Origin: Octopus vulgaris
Lineage: Eukaryota
Reading direction: 5' to 3'
Length of the DNA: 64,000 bases
Assembly: GCA_951406725.2 (NCBI GenBank)
Contig: OX597821.1
Coordinates: forward strand, 73,346,001-73,410,000
The notes under the pieces were generated by a model, which was not told where the DNA came from, did not search any database, and was given only the letters and a program-made list of their open reading frames with translations. The position numbers and the translations under genes are program-made. This document shows positions 29,326 through 41,600 of the stretch, piece by piece (position 1 is the first letter of the stretch; every line of letters begins with the position of its first letter).

Positions 29326-31644
29326 TTGACTGATTAATTATTCATTTCTTTATTCATTTTCTTTTTTGTTATTCATTTAAATTGATACACGAAAATAAAT
29401 ATTTTTATCTACATATGTAACTATATATTGTCTTTGCTTTACTTTCAAAAGTTGAAACTGTTATAGAGTTGTCCAGCGTTTAATATTTTTCTTCTAACAG
29501 ATGGCAACAACTGCAGAAAATGTGAATTCTATCTTAATTACGGCTTGCCAAGGAAGATCCTTTGAGGAGTTCTCTGTGAATTGTTCAATATTGCCTTTAT
29601 TTTCTAAATTCTGAGCAAACATGATCTTTCATATCCCAACAACAATAAAAACATAGCTATTAAAATATCAAAACCACCACCACAATCTAGTCTTCTAACT
29701 GGACTGCCTCTGAAAGAAACATTAGTCCTTTGTCAAGTAAATATCAAATTTTTTCAAGACAAAAACATTAATATTTACAATAATAATTAAAACCAAATCG
29801 ATTATTTTAATCTTATTAATGAATTTAAATATTTACATCAAAATCATTTTACTTTTCCCTAGGTTGTCTCTCCCTGTTTCCATTTCACAAAGTCCTCCAT
29901 CAAGCACTTTGCAAATGGGGCAGTTTTACAATAAAAACTAAAGTAAAACAAAATTAATTGTGATTAACTTTTTGAGTGACTTTATTGAGTGTAAACTTCA
30001 GTTATCAAATATTTTAGTAACTAGATTTTAAAATGGAATTACCAAACAAATAATACTTAAATGTCCAAGCAAATTATATGGTCTTCATAATAAATACTGG
30101 CAACAATAAACTAATATCTTTTATAAGTTTTCATGTCACTGATAAAAGAGTACATTGGATAACTAAGTGAATAAGGCATTGGATAATCCACTCCAAGCTC
30201 AATTCTAGTCACTAACACAGTATTGAATGGTCAAGACAGATAACTCATAAATGTCCATAAATCTCCTGTCCACTTAGCTGCAAGTTTTTCTACATTCTTA
30301 TATCATACAAGATTGTAAACTGTGGCAACACTGCCAAATTGATATAAGAGACATTGGCTTATGGAGCTAAATCACATAATCTTAAAATAAAGTAGAATAA
30401 CCAATCTGCAGATCATTTCTTCTCCCACAACAATATTTATGGATTTCAATTCAACCTTGATCTTACGCAGCCAGCTTATTTATATGTGAGGAACAAATCT
30501 CCCATTCACTATGTCTGGCTCATCTTCATTGCCAAAGCTACACACTATATTCCATCTATTTTTCTGTAGAGTCTACACTTACGTAGAATCAACCATTACC
30601 ATCATTTATGTCTTTCATCTAGAAATATGTAACAAATACTTTTAATTATACTCAGAGTATTTCCTTTGTTCCTATAAATCTGCTGTGGGTTGTGTTACTT
30701 TCCAAACTCCTCCAATCACTGGAACTAGTTCAACTGTATGTTGTCTTAATTGTTGAAGACATCTCTGAAATTCCCTCTTTTGAACTCATCATCCAAATTA
30801 ACTTCAATACAAACATGTCCTCTTGGCTTTCACACTCTTCCCACAAAAGTTAGCCTCTCCTACTTAACCTGAAATAGGTACACCATAGGTCCAAGAGATG
30901 CTACTCCTCCACTCAATGTTGTTGGTATTCTCTGCCTTGTCGGACATGGACTCGTGCATAACTTTCTACGGTTGGTGTGGAAACTGACAGTGATGGTTGA
31001 TGTCTTCCTAATTTTGGCATCCAAATTGCAGAATTCTTCAAGTAGGGACATAATTCTTCAAGTCTTACATCCCAAATATTGGTACGAGAGTTAATACTGC
31101 AAAAGCACAATAAGATTATTGAATGTGAACAGCTCTGACTACCACACTTTCCACAGTTTGTTAAAGTATTCATTATTTACACTTGACAGATATTTGTCCT
31201 CATCTTGTTTGTTGTTAACACAACATTTCGGCTGATATGACCTCCAGCCTTCATCAAGATGAGGACAAATATCCGTCAAATGTAAATAATGTACACAATT
31301 CCTCATCTCTTAAATATAGAACTGTTAAAGTATTCCTATCTCATTCTAGCCCTATTCATAGTCAAAGTGTTTGTGGAGTAATATTGTCATCGTCATCACC
31401 ATTTAATGTCTGTTTTCCATGTTGGCATGGGTTGAATGCTTTGACTCTGGCAAGGCCAGGAGTTGCAGACCCCAGTTTGTTTTGGCTGGGTTTCTATGGC
31501 TGGATGCCCTTCATAATGCCAACAACTCCACAGAGTGTACTGGGTGCCACCAGCACAAGTGCCTCTGCAATTGTTTGGCAAGAGGTGAGGATGTGTGCTC
31601 TCCATAGCTCTCTTCCAAACCTCTGTGAAGATTGCCAAACTGCT

Positions 31645-32193
31645 TATCATTACCAGCGTCGCCTTACTGGCACTTGTGCCCATGCTAGTAGGGTGCCAAG
31701 AGCACTATCCGAGCGTGATTGTTGCCAGAGCAGCTAACTGGCTTCCGTGCCGGTGGAACGTAAAAGGGCACAATTCGAGCGTGATCGTTACCAACGTCAC
31801 CTTACTGGCACCTGTGCCAGTGGCATGTGTAAACAGATTTAGGCGAGGTCATTGCTAGTACTGCCTGACTGGCCCCCATGCCATGGTATGTAAAAAGGCA
31901 CCATTTGAGCGTGATCGTTACCAACGTCGCCTTACCTGTGCCGGTGGCATGTGTAAATAGATTCGAGCAAGGTCATTGCCAGCACCGCCTGACTGGCCCC
32001 CGTGTCGGTGGCATGTAAAAAGCACCCACTACACTCTCGGAGTTGTTGGCGTTAGGAAGGGCATCCAGCTGTAGAAACTCTGCCAGATCAAGATTGGAGC
32101 CTGGTGCAGCCATCTGGTTCGCCAGCCCTCAGTCAAAATCATCCAACCCATGCTAGCATGGAAAGCGGACGTTAAGCGATGATGATGATGATG
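31645..32193 (+). mobile_element. Retroposon family A copy with an expanded tandem-unit array
   Basis: About six to seven alternating units precede the core and (GAT)n tail. Confidence 0.8.
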
Positions 32194-33149
32194 AAAAGTG
32201 CACAAATTTCAAAGACATTTGATGACGTCCCATGATATGGCCACAAGCTGACTGGTCAATAATTGGCACAACACATGCTGTGCAAGAGATCAACTCATGT
32301 CACCAACTTGATTATTGAAATATGTTGGGTTCAATTCTATCACTTGCAACAAGTTCACATTTATACCAAAAATAATTGGTTATGTTAGTCAATGCCTAAG
32401 TGAGAATCTGGGAAAGCCAGGGATTTCAGAAAAAGAAATCAGCCACCTATCATGCACTTAACAAATGCAATTTGTAAGAAGAATAATAAAAATGTGCAAA
32501 ACTTTTCTCAAGTTCAAAATGTGACATTATTTTCTTATCTCCATTCCTACAATGGAGCCTTTTATCTTTGCTTGAAACTAGTTCTGCCCTTTCAGGAAGA
32601 CTTCAAATAATTAAAAGTTGAAGGGAACATATACATATTATCATTAAGCATTATATAAGCAATAGTCTTTATTTACATCATGCTTCTTTTAAGTGAAGTA
32701 GACAAGAAATACCAAAGCACCATTACAATTGTTAAAGATCACCCAAATGCTATGATTAGTCCTTCAGAAGAGTTTGTGAATGTGGGCATTTATATTGCAA
32801 TGATAAGAACCCAGAATAATCACACAGCAAATTTCAATTTTTCTTAATGGAATTTTTTTTATTTAAGGAATAGTTGATCAACTGAGATATTATATTGTAG
32901 AAAATAAACTCCATTTGTATGTTGCAGAAGAAAACAAAATGTCTTCTGCCTATTGTCTTTGACTGTTGTTACTCATTCATATTGTGTTTGTTATGTTTAC
33001 TGAATAAACACATTAAAACCTTCCAATACACCCTTACATTAGAATGGTATCAACGCTAATCATTGTGTACATACATACACATACATACAGAACACACACA
33101 CACACATGTATATCTATCTATCTGTCTGTATGTCTATCTATCTATCTAT

Positions 33150-35030
33150 ATGATCAGTGACTTCAATGGTCATGTTGGACGACATGCTGGGGACTTCCAT
33201 GGTGTACATGGAGGCTATGGTTATGGTTCCTGCAACGAGGAGGGAACTAGGCTGCTGGAGTTCTGCGATGCAAATGATCTTATGGTTTGCAACACTAACT
33301 TCAGGAAACCTACCAGCCACCTAGTCACCTACCAATCGGGCCGACATACTAGCCAAATTGACTACATCTTCGCCAGAAAGAGGGAAAGAGGGCTGCTTAT
33401 AAATGCCAAAACCTTCCCAGGTGAAGAATGTACCCCGCAACATAGACTGGTAGTTAGTGACTTTAGGATCAGGACTAAGAGGACAACCAACATGGAGAAG
33501 AAGGATCTGGAAGCTTAAAGATCCTGTGAATGGACAGAGATTTAGGGACATATTACTTGAAGCCTTTGATGAAGTAGAAGGGGATAGAGCTTCACATGGG
33601 GTAGAAGACAACTGGACGTTTCTGAGGGACAACCTGCTGAAAGCCACTGACCAGATCTGTGCAAAGTCCCCTCTCGATCCAAAATAACGTGATGGTGGAA
33701 CAATGTTGTAGACGGGGCTATTAGAGAAAAGAGACAGGCTTGGAGGGACTGGAAGAATTGTGGTAGCAGGGAATTGTATCAGACTGCCAAAAGGAAAGCT
33801 AGGAGACAGGTCTATTTAGCCAGAGGGGAAGCAGATAAGAAATTTGCCAATGTTCTGCGCTGTGAGGACCAAAGATTTCAGGTGTTTCGTGTTGCAAGAC
33901 AGTGTGTGAGAGAGAATCATGATGTGGTAGGAGAGAAATGTGTTCGCATGAATGATGGTTCACTTGCGCTAATTGAGGATGCAAAGAGAGAGGTTTGGAG
34001 ATGCCACAATGAAAGGTTGCTGAATAAAGAAAATGAATGGGATAAAGAGAGTCTGCTGAATGTTGACCCAACAGAGGGACCAACTATCCAAGTTAACAGT
34101 TCCTTGGTAGTTAAGGCAATTAGAAGCATGAAGACAGGGAAAGCCCCAGGCCCATCAGGAATCACTGCAGAGATGCTCAAAATATCTGGTAGTGTCGGCT
34201 ATAGCCTAGTCACCCGTATAGTTAATCAGGTGATACACGAAGGAGTCATACCCAATGACTGGTGTAGCAGCATAATAGTCAACTGCTACAAAGGTAAAGG
34301 TGACGCCCTAGATACAAATAATTACAGAGGTATCAAGCTGTTGGATCAGGTAATGAAGTTTACAGAGAGGGTCATAGCCCAACTAATTAGAGAGAGTTAG
34401 TTTAGATGAGATGCAGTTTGGGTTCGTGCCAGGGAAAAGTACCACTGATGCTATATTCCTGGTAAGGCAGCTGCAGGAGAAATACCTAGCCAAAGATAAG
34501 CCCCTGTACCTGGCTTTCGTTGACATGGAGAAAGCCTTCGACAGGGTCCTCCAATCCCTTATCTGGTGGTCAATGCGGAAACTAGGGATAGATGAGTGGT
34601 TAGTGAGAGCTGTGCGAGCCATGTACAGGGACGCTGCTAGTAAGGTGAGGGTTGGCAACAAGTACAGTAAAGAATTCTGGGTAGAGGTAAGGGTCCACCA
34701 TGGCTCAGTTCTCAGCCCCCTCCTATTTATCATAGTCCTCCAGGCAATAACGGAAGAATTCAAGACAGGATGCCCCTGGGAGCTCCTCTATGCTGATGAC
34801 CTTGCTCTAATTGCTGAGTCACTATCAGAAATGGAGGAGAAGTTTCAGGTGTGGAAGCAAGGATTAGAATTGAAGGGCCTTAGAGTCAATCTAGCTAAAA
34901 CCAAAGTCCTAATAAGTAGGAAGGTAGACAAATCACGAACGCTTTCAGGTAGATGGCCGTGCTCGATCTGTAGAAAAGGCGTAGGTAGAAACTCTATAAG
35001 ATGCACCAAGTGTAAGCTATGGACACATAA
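33150..35030 (+). mobile_element. RTE-clade LINE fragment (APE endonuclease C-terminus, reverse transcriptase, start of a PHD-like finger), disrupted and truncated at both ends
   Basis: DFNGHVG..NEEGTRLLEFC..NTNF..QIDYI..HRLVV (APE); GKAPGPSGITAEML, NYRGIKLL, QFGFVPGKSTTDAIF, AFVDMEKAFDRV, GSVLSPLLF, LLYADD (RT); then WPCSICRKGVGRNSIRCTKCKLWTH. Frameshifts or stops occur near 33480, 33690 and 34400. Confidence 0.93.
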
Positions 35031-35526
35031 CTAACCCTAAATCTAAAATAGATTGAAATGCAATAGATCGATTCTAGGGTCATAATTATGGGTGACAATT
35101 TCATATGACACCGTGAGGGAAAAATGGCAGTTTTTTCTAGCGTTGTCATATGAAATTGTCACCCTTAATTATTACCCTAGTATCGATCTATTGCATTTCA
35201 ATCTGTTTTAGGGTTAGGGTTAGGGGTGGGGGGAAGGGTATCTTCTTTTCGTCACAAATGTAAATAAACCCAATCTGTTTCTTAAACGAGGGACATAGTC
35301 ATACAGCACAGAATGTTTTTTTTACCTCAATAGACATCAGTGATTGGTTGAAATTGCCGAAATGCAAGAAATTAAAGACAAAACATGTTACAAACTACAG
35401 AATTTTCTCAAGAAAGCCAAGAGAAAAAGATGTTTTATAAACACATTCTACCAGTATAGAAAGTTAAAAATTTTTTAGTTATCGAGAAATTATGTTAAAA
35501 ACTGCCGTTCAAACCGAAAAGATCCA
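35030..35526. mobile_element. Non-autonomous repeat carrying (TTAGGG)n tracts, with a partial inverted duplicate forming a ~85-bp hairpin
   Basis: 35030-35113 (ctaaccctaaaa..gtgacaatttcatatgaca) is the near reverse complement of about 35144-35226 (tgtcatatgaaattgtcac..ttagggttagggttagggg). The element has ggcagtttt / aaaactgcc terminal motifs. Superfamily is unassigned. Confidence 0.65.
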
Positions 35527-35653
35527 ATTATTTTGAAGAATAAAATATTTTGTATATTTATTTGTGTAAAACAGACAGAAATAAGCAAAACAAATGAAAA
35601 TTAATAGATTAGTAATTAATAAACCAAACGATTCACTGCGGAATTGTTTCATC

Positions 35654-38600
35654 ATGGCGACGCTTGGGAACACGTTTTTTCGGAATTTCTTATTTTGTAG
35701 AAAATCAAAGACTTTAAAACAATTCCATGTAATTTCTCATAATTTATCGTCGATCAACCGGATGGTTGGTTGTGACAAAATTTTAGAAGTTGGTCGACTA
35801 CCTTTAGTTCGGCAGATAACGGGACAACAACTCGATCTACAGAAACGAAAAGTTTTGTCCTCTAACCATAATCTCTTCTTCTGCTGTCCTTCTCGGTAAA
35901 TATTACTAAACTAGCTTCTGTTTGTTGTTTTAATTAGCTTGATTTTAGTTTACTTGTAGAGTTTATGAATATTTTGTTCATATTGTGTACCGGTGAGCGC
36001 TAAGGGAGGGCAGAAGGTTCTTTCGCTGGAGTCGTTTATGCCCTTGGCTGACAGCATTAACATCGTTGCATCCGATTTTCCCTCCCCCAAAATAAAAGGA
36101 TTTTATCCCCAGTAAAACAAAATAAAAAAGAAGGAAGAACCTAAGTGATGTAGCTAAATAAAGGTAACATGTCGAAATAAACACTTCATATTATTTACCC
36201 CCTTTCCTCTACGTTTACAGCTGTTCTAACAAAAGGTTATCCCTATATTTCATCTCTCTGGAGAAGATAAATACCAGTAATACATTAGGACAGCCGATCA
36301 TACCTCCTTTCCTGTAAAATCTAGCATTGTGCGTTCTTAAAGGATATTAACTTTTCAAGTTTGTCGGTAAATAAGGAAACAAAGCGGAGCACAAATTGAA
36401 ATAGGTTTATGGTGATTATCAGTTCTGGGGTTCTCTACAACATTTATGCCCCTGGAGAAAACAAAAAATGAAGCAACGCAAAAAACCTAAACGTCACAGA
36501 CTCTTATTCTCCTCACCGAACACTTGTAATTAAGTAAATAAATGATACAACGCGCATCTATTGTGAGTTCCAATCCACGTATATTATCTCCTAGCTTCCA
36601 ATCCTCAACATAACGTTACAGGAAATTATTTTCCTCGACTCAATTTGAAAATATCTTAGCTTCTTGTTTATTTTGTATCTGCTACTCGGGGAAAAAAACA
36701 TTGTTTACATATATATTTTATACAAACATGAAAAAGTAACGTTTGTTGAACTGATGATGGGAGATAATAAGTGAGAGATTTGTACAAGCATTAAGTCCCC
36801 TTTAAAATTCGCAGCTGAGCCAGTCTCTGCATTTCACCGATGGAAATTAATCCTGGTTTTTCAGATGAACCTAAAAGCATGTCTTGAGAACATCGGTCAC
36901 CATTAACAACATTAACCAATATTAACATGATGATAAGACGGTGAGCTAACAGAATCGTTACTAGGTGGGGAAAAATGCTTAGTGGCATTTCGTTCGACTT
37001 CACCTTTCATCCTTTCGGAGTCGATAAAATAAGTACCAGTTGATCACTGTCATCGATGACATCAATTAGCCTCTTGCCTCGAAATTGCTGGCCTTGTTCT
37101 AAAAATTTGAAACGAATATCTATTTCTTTATTGTCCACACGAGGCTAAACATAGAGGGGATAAACAAGGACAGACAAAAGGTTTCAGTTGATTACACCGA
37201 CCCCAGTGCACAATTGGTACTTATTTAATCGACCTCGAAAGGATGGAAGGCAAAGTTGACCTTGGCAGAGTTAGAACTCAGAACGTAACGCTAGACGAAA
37301 TACGCTAAGCATTTCGCCCAGCATGCTAACGATTCTGCCAGCTCGCTGCCTTAGCCTTAGTTTGAAATGAATATTAACATGATGATAGTTGAAACCTGGT
37401 GAATCTATTGAAATGATTTTGCTTGCTATCATAGACATTCCTCTGTTTTATGGGGCTAACAATTTTGAGGCAGATCCATTACTTCTTATCATTCCATCAT
37501 TAACAAGTTCTCTAGTCTTATACACCCACCAATAGGGAAATTAAAACATCATGTCAAGGAGGGTACTTCTAGTCAGTGAAGTGCCAAATTTCTCCAACAA
37601 ATTTCTTGTTTTTTAAAAAGATATGGTGAGGGGATTAGTTTAATTCTTAGTCTTTTAATAAGGAAAATTGAATCTCTTTTAAGTCCATCATTCTTTAGAG
37701 TTCTTGCCATGTAATAAACACAAGATGGCAGTAGCCATTTTGTTTGACTGTGTTTCTGTTGTGGATAAACAGAGTTGTGTAGGTTTACTTAGCAATTTCA
37801 TTGATCAGGTGTTTATTGTTAATCCCTTGTCAACTCTGACTGAACATGCTTACAATGAAACACATTCCAGTTGTAAATGTCCCAGATTTTTTCAGACACA
37901 GTGTATCAAGTATCACATTATCCAGAATATAATTATTTATTTAAAAGCAGTAGGTTAGGGTTTTGCTGCTATTTCTTGCAGGTTAAGTGACCACATACAA
38001 CACCTGATCTCTGCTCAAAGTGACTAATTCTTGAGAAGTGTTAGTGTGTGGAAATTTAGTGATATCTAAGATTTCAAATCTATGGCTCATCAAGTTGTAA
38101 TTAACTTCCATGTTGATAGACATATTAATAAACACAGCCAGGAGAGTTTGCAGAAATGGCACATTTGATTAAAGGCATTGCATTTCCAATTTCGCTAGAG
38201 GTTGACTTGAACTTTTATTCATGCATGGTTGATAAATAAATGCAAGTAATATATTGAGACAGAGAGAATCTTGTCGTATAGCTCGGCTCCAGTTTAGTCA
38301 GCTGTCGAAAACAAAACAAAAGGAAAACTGCTTTCCAGTTCCGTCAAAGATTTTGATAGCTGGCACTTAGCTGTCATTTTCATGGTGTTCAGTAGATGAG
38401 AGCTAAATCTTCTTCTGCTGAGGACACTGAACTCTTGCAGGTAGCATTTACAGAAGATCTGGTTCCTATTCTCAGCAGTGAAATGAATAATATTGAATTA
38501 AGTAGAACTAAGTACAAGTGAAGAATGTAGAATTAAATGCATCACAACATTGGTGGGACTGGAGACTAATGGGATACTGGTTCAATACTGCATTCCTTCT

Positions 38601-41600
38601 GCCACATTGCTTTTACAATCCAATAAATAAGAGATTGTTATTAACAAAAGCCAGAGTGGTGAGCAGATAGAGTTGTTAGCACAGTGGGATAAAATGCTTA
38701 GTGGCATTTCATTCATCTTTACATTCTGGGTTCAAATTCTGCTGAGGGTGACTTTGCCTGTCATTTTTTGGGATTCATCATCATCATCATCATCGTTTAA
38801 CGCCTGTTTTCCATGCTGGCATGGGTTGGACGGTTTCATTGGGGTCTGGGAAGCCAGGAGGCTGCACCAGTCTCCAATCTGATCTGGCAGTGTTTTCTAC
38901 AGCTGGATGCCCTTCCTAACAACAACCATTCCGAGAGTGTATTGGGTGCTTTTTATGTGCTACTGGCACAAGAGCCAGTCTGGGCAAGGGGGGTGGCATT
39001 GACCACGTTTAGATGGTGCTTTTTACATGCCACTGGTACAGGGGGCCAGACAGGTGGCACTGGCATCAGCCACAACTACAATTTCCATTTGATTGTTGTT
39101 TGATGTTGATAGGATTGATAAATATCATTTGAGGAGTGAGGTCAATATGATTGACTTTGATTGCTGATTTTATGCCAAACTAAAGGATTATTAACAAATG
39201 CCAGGCTTTATTTCATTAAGATCATAAGTATTCATTTGTCAGAATATGTCTAATTTTATTTCATCCAGGTTTGCAAGCATTTACCGTAATAACCAAGGAG
39301 CCAAACAAAATCGACCCAAGGCGCAGACCACAATTGATGAAGAAGAAATTGAAAAGTTTTCAGCTCTTGCTCAGCTCTGGTGGGATGAAACTGGAGAGTT
39401 TGAGGCCTTACACTCCATGAATAGTGTTAGAGTACCGTTTATTCAAACCACTTTGCAAAACGCTGCAAACGCAAACCGTGTTCCTTCAAAATCTCTGCAG
39501 GGTCTAAAGATTTTGGATGTTGGATGTGGTGGTGGTATTTTTGCTGAGGTAATATTTTTTCAAACAATTCTAGTTTTCTGTGCTAACCAATGTAGATTGT
39601 TGAACATTTCCTAAATGCTTGTCCCATCATTACTTCAGTAAATATGGTAAAGAAATTGTTTCACTAATGAGGTTATAATAAAACCAAAATGTCAAGAATT
39701 GTAGTAAAGATTGTTTGCCAACACAACATGGCAGGCCTGGTTTAGGACGAATGTTGCTGTAATTTAGCCCCAGGAGACATTGTCTCCAGCTGGCTATATA
39801 ACATGATCTGTGTCCTTATAATTTCGAACAAGGGACTCTAGCACCCCCACTCAGTTCAAAACAATATCTGTGTATCGCGATTTCCGGGTTATTTCCTTTC
39901 ATCACCACAGAATAATTGGTCGGTTAGAGATGGAATTCTTGTTTGAAATATATAATTTTCAAAGTGACATAGCCATTTGATGTATATAAAAAAAAATCAT
40001 CATACTCTATTTTTATAATTAAATATTTATTAGGAATTGTGTCCAAAAGACTGTTTGAATGTTTTGTGTAGAAGTAGAATCAGATTACTGGACCCCTAAG
40101 GGTCATGTGGACCCTGAATGAGAACCACTGTTGAGTGAATAAGGGCCAACTTGGAGCTGAACAGCAATAAAAATGACTTGACTGCTCTCACAAATGAGAA
40201 TACTAAAAATGAACCCAACCACTCTAAAAAATCAAGTGAAAAAAACAGGAAAAAATAATCCCGAAACCTTGTCAGGTACCAGATCAGTCCCAAATTAGTT
40301 TGTGCCAGTCATGAGGCAAATATCCCTGAAAGTTTCACCTGAATCCATCCAGTGGTTCTTGAGATATCTTGTCCACAGACAAACAAACAAACACAACTGA
40401 AACAATACTTCTGCCTTCGATAAGGTGGAGCTAATAAACAGATAATCTTTTCTACTCTAGGCACAAGGCCTGAAATTTTGGGGGAAGGGGTCATTTGATT
40501 ACATTGACCCCAGCATGCAACATCAAGAATATCAGTGTAACTGTTTCTAACTCAGATAACATGGCTACAAGCTTGGTGGGAATGGTTAGTCAAATTGAGC
40601 CTTGTAGTTATAGTAGGGTTTTTTCATTTATTGACCCTGGGAGAATGAATGGTAATGTTGGTCTTGGTGGGATTTGAACTCAGAACGTAATGGTCTGTAA
40701 TTAAATACTGCAAGGTAATTTGTTTGATGCTCTAATGATTCTGCCTATCAACAATCCTTCATATGTGTGTGTGTGTTTCAATGTAATTAATGCAATTATT
40801 ATCACTTTTTTTTTACGGCTTAATTAGAAGTAGAAAAGTTACATCATTGATTATTTTGTTTCTAAGACTGTCTGGAGAACAAGGACGAAGCAGCAAAACA
40901 ACTGCTGGGCCTCTGCAGTAAGATGTAGTGATATTCTCAGACTGTAGAATTGGTCCCTATTAAAGGTATCCAAACAATAAGTTGTAGTATTAAACAAATT
41001 AAATTTACTATCCTAAGAACACAATCCATTTAATGACTTTCCTGGCATTTTCTGTTTTTCCAATTTCATTCAAAAAGCTTGTGTCAGCTGGAGGCCGTAA
41101 GAGAAAACAATTGCTCAAGACAATTACAACCATATGACTGCAACAAGCAATGCTTTAACCTCATAGAAATACTTAGACTTGGAGTTTTGATGTCTGGGGA
41201 AAATGGCTTTCTCTTAAATAGTGATTTCCAAAGTTTTACAACTAAAATGAAATATTTTATAGAAACATGAAATTTGATTTCATTAACTCATCAATCAAAA
41301 TTTCTCTCAAAATATTCTTTATGTAATCCTGGATGTTTAATATTGCTTTGTGTGGGTGGGGAAGATTCAATGCTGGATTTACTGACCATTTTGGTTTCAA
41401 TATCAAACCCCTTTCAATTAATCCGTTGTGTTCTTGGATAAGTTACTTCACACTATTTGATCCTGTATCAAGTAATCCATACTTTATATAATTCACACAG
41501 GTATCAAATGTTTAATTTTTTAGAGTTAGAGATATATGTTGTTGGTTTGAAAAACTTCAAGGAACGATGAAAGTTGTAACATTCAGGAACACCATCGGGC

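Noticed and set aside
29900-31170. Coding-like unique sequence with short minus-strand ORFs
   Set aside because: No long frame or recognisable motif; possibly an ancient decayed TE, but unsupported without a search.
31645-32030. CRISPR-like repeat-spacer appearance
   Set aside because: The context is eukaryotic, the spacers are homologous to each other, there are no cas genes, and the same units occur in many dispersed retroposon copies.
35207-35226. TTAGGG repeats as a telomere or fusion scar
   Set aside because: Only about three units, embedded in an interspersed repeat.
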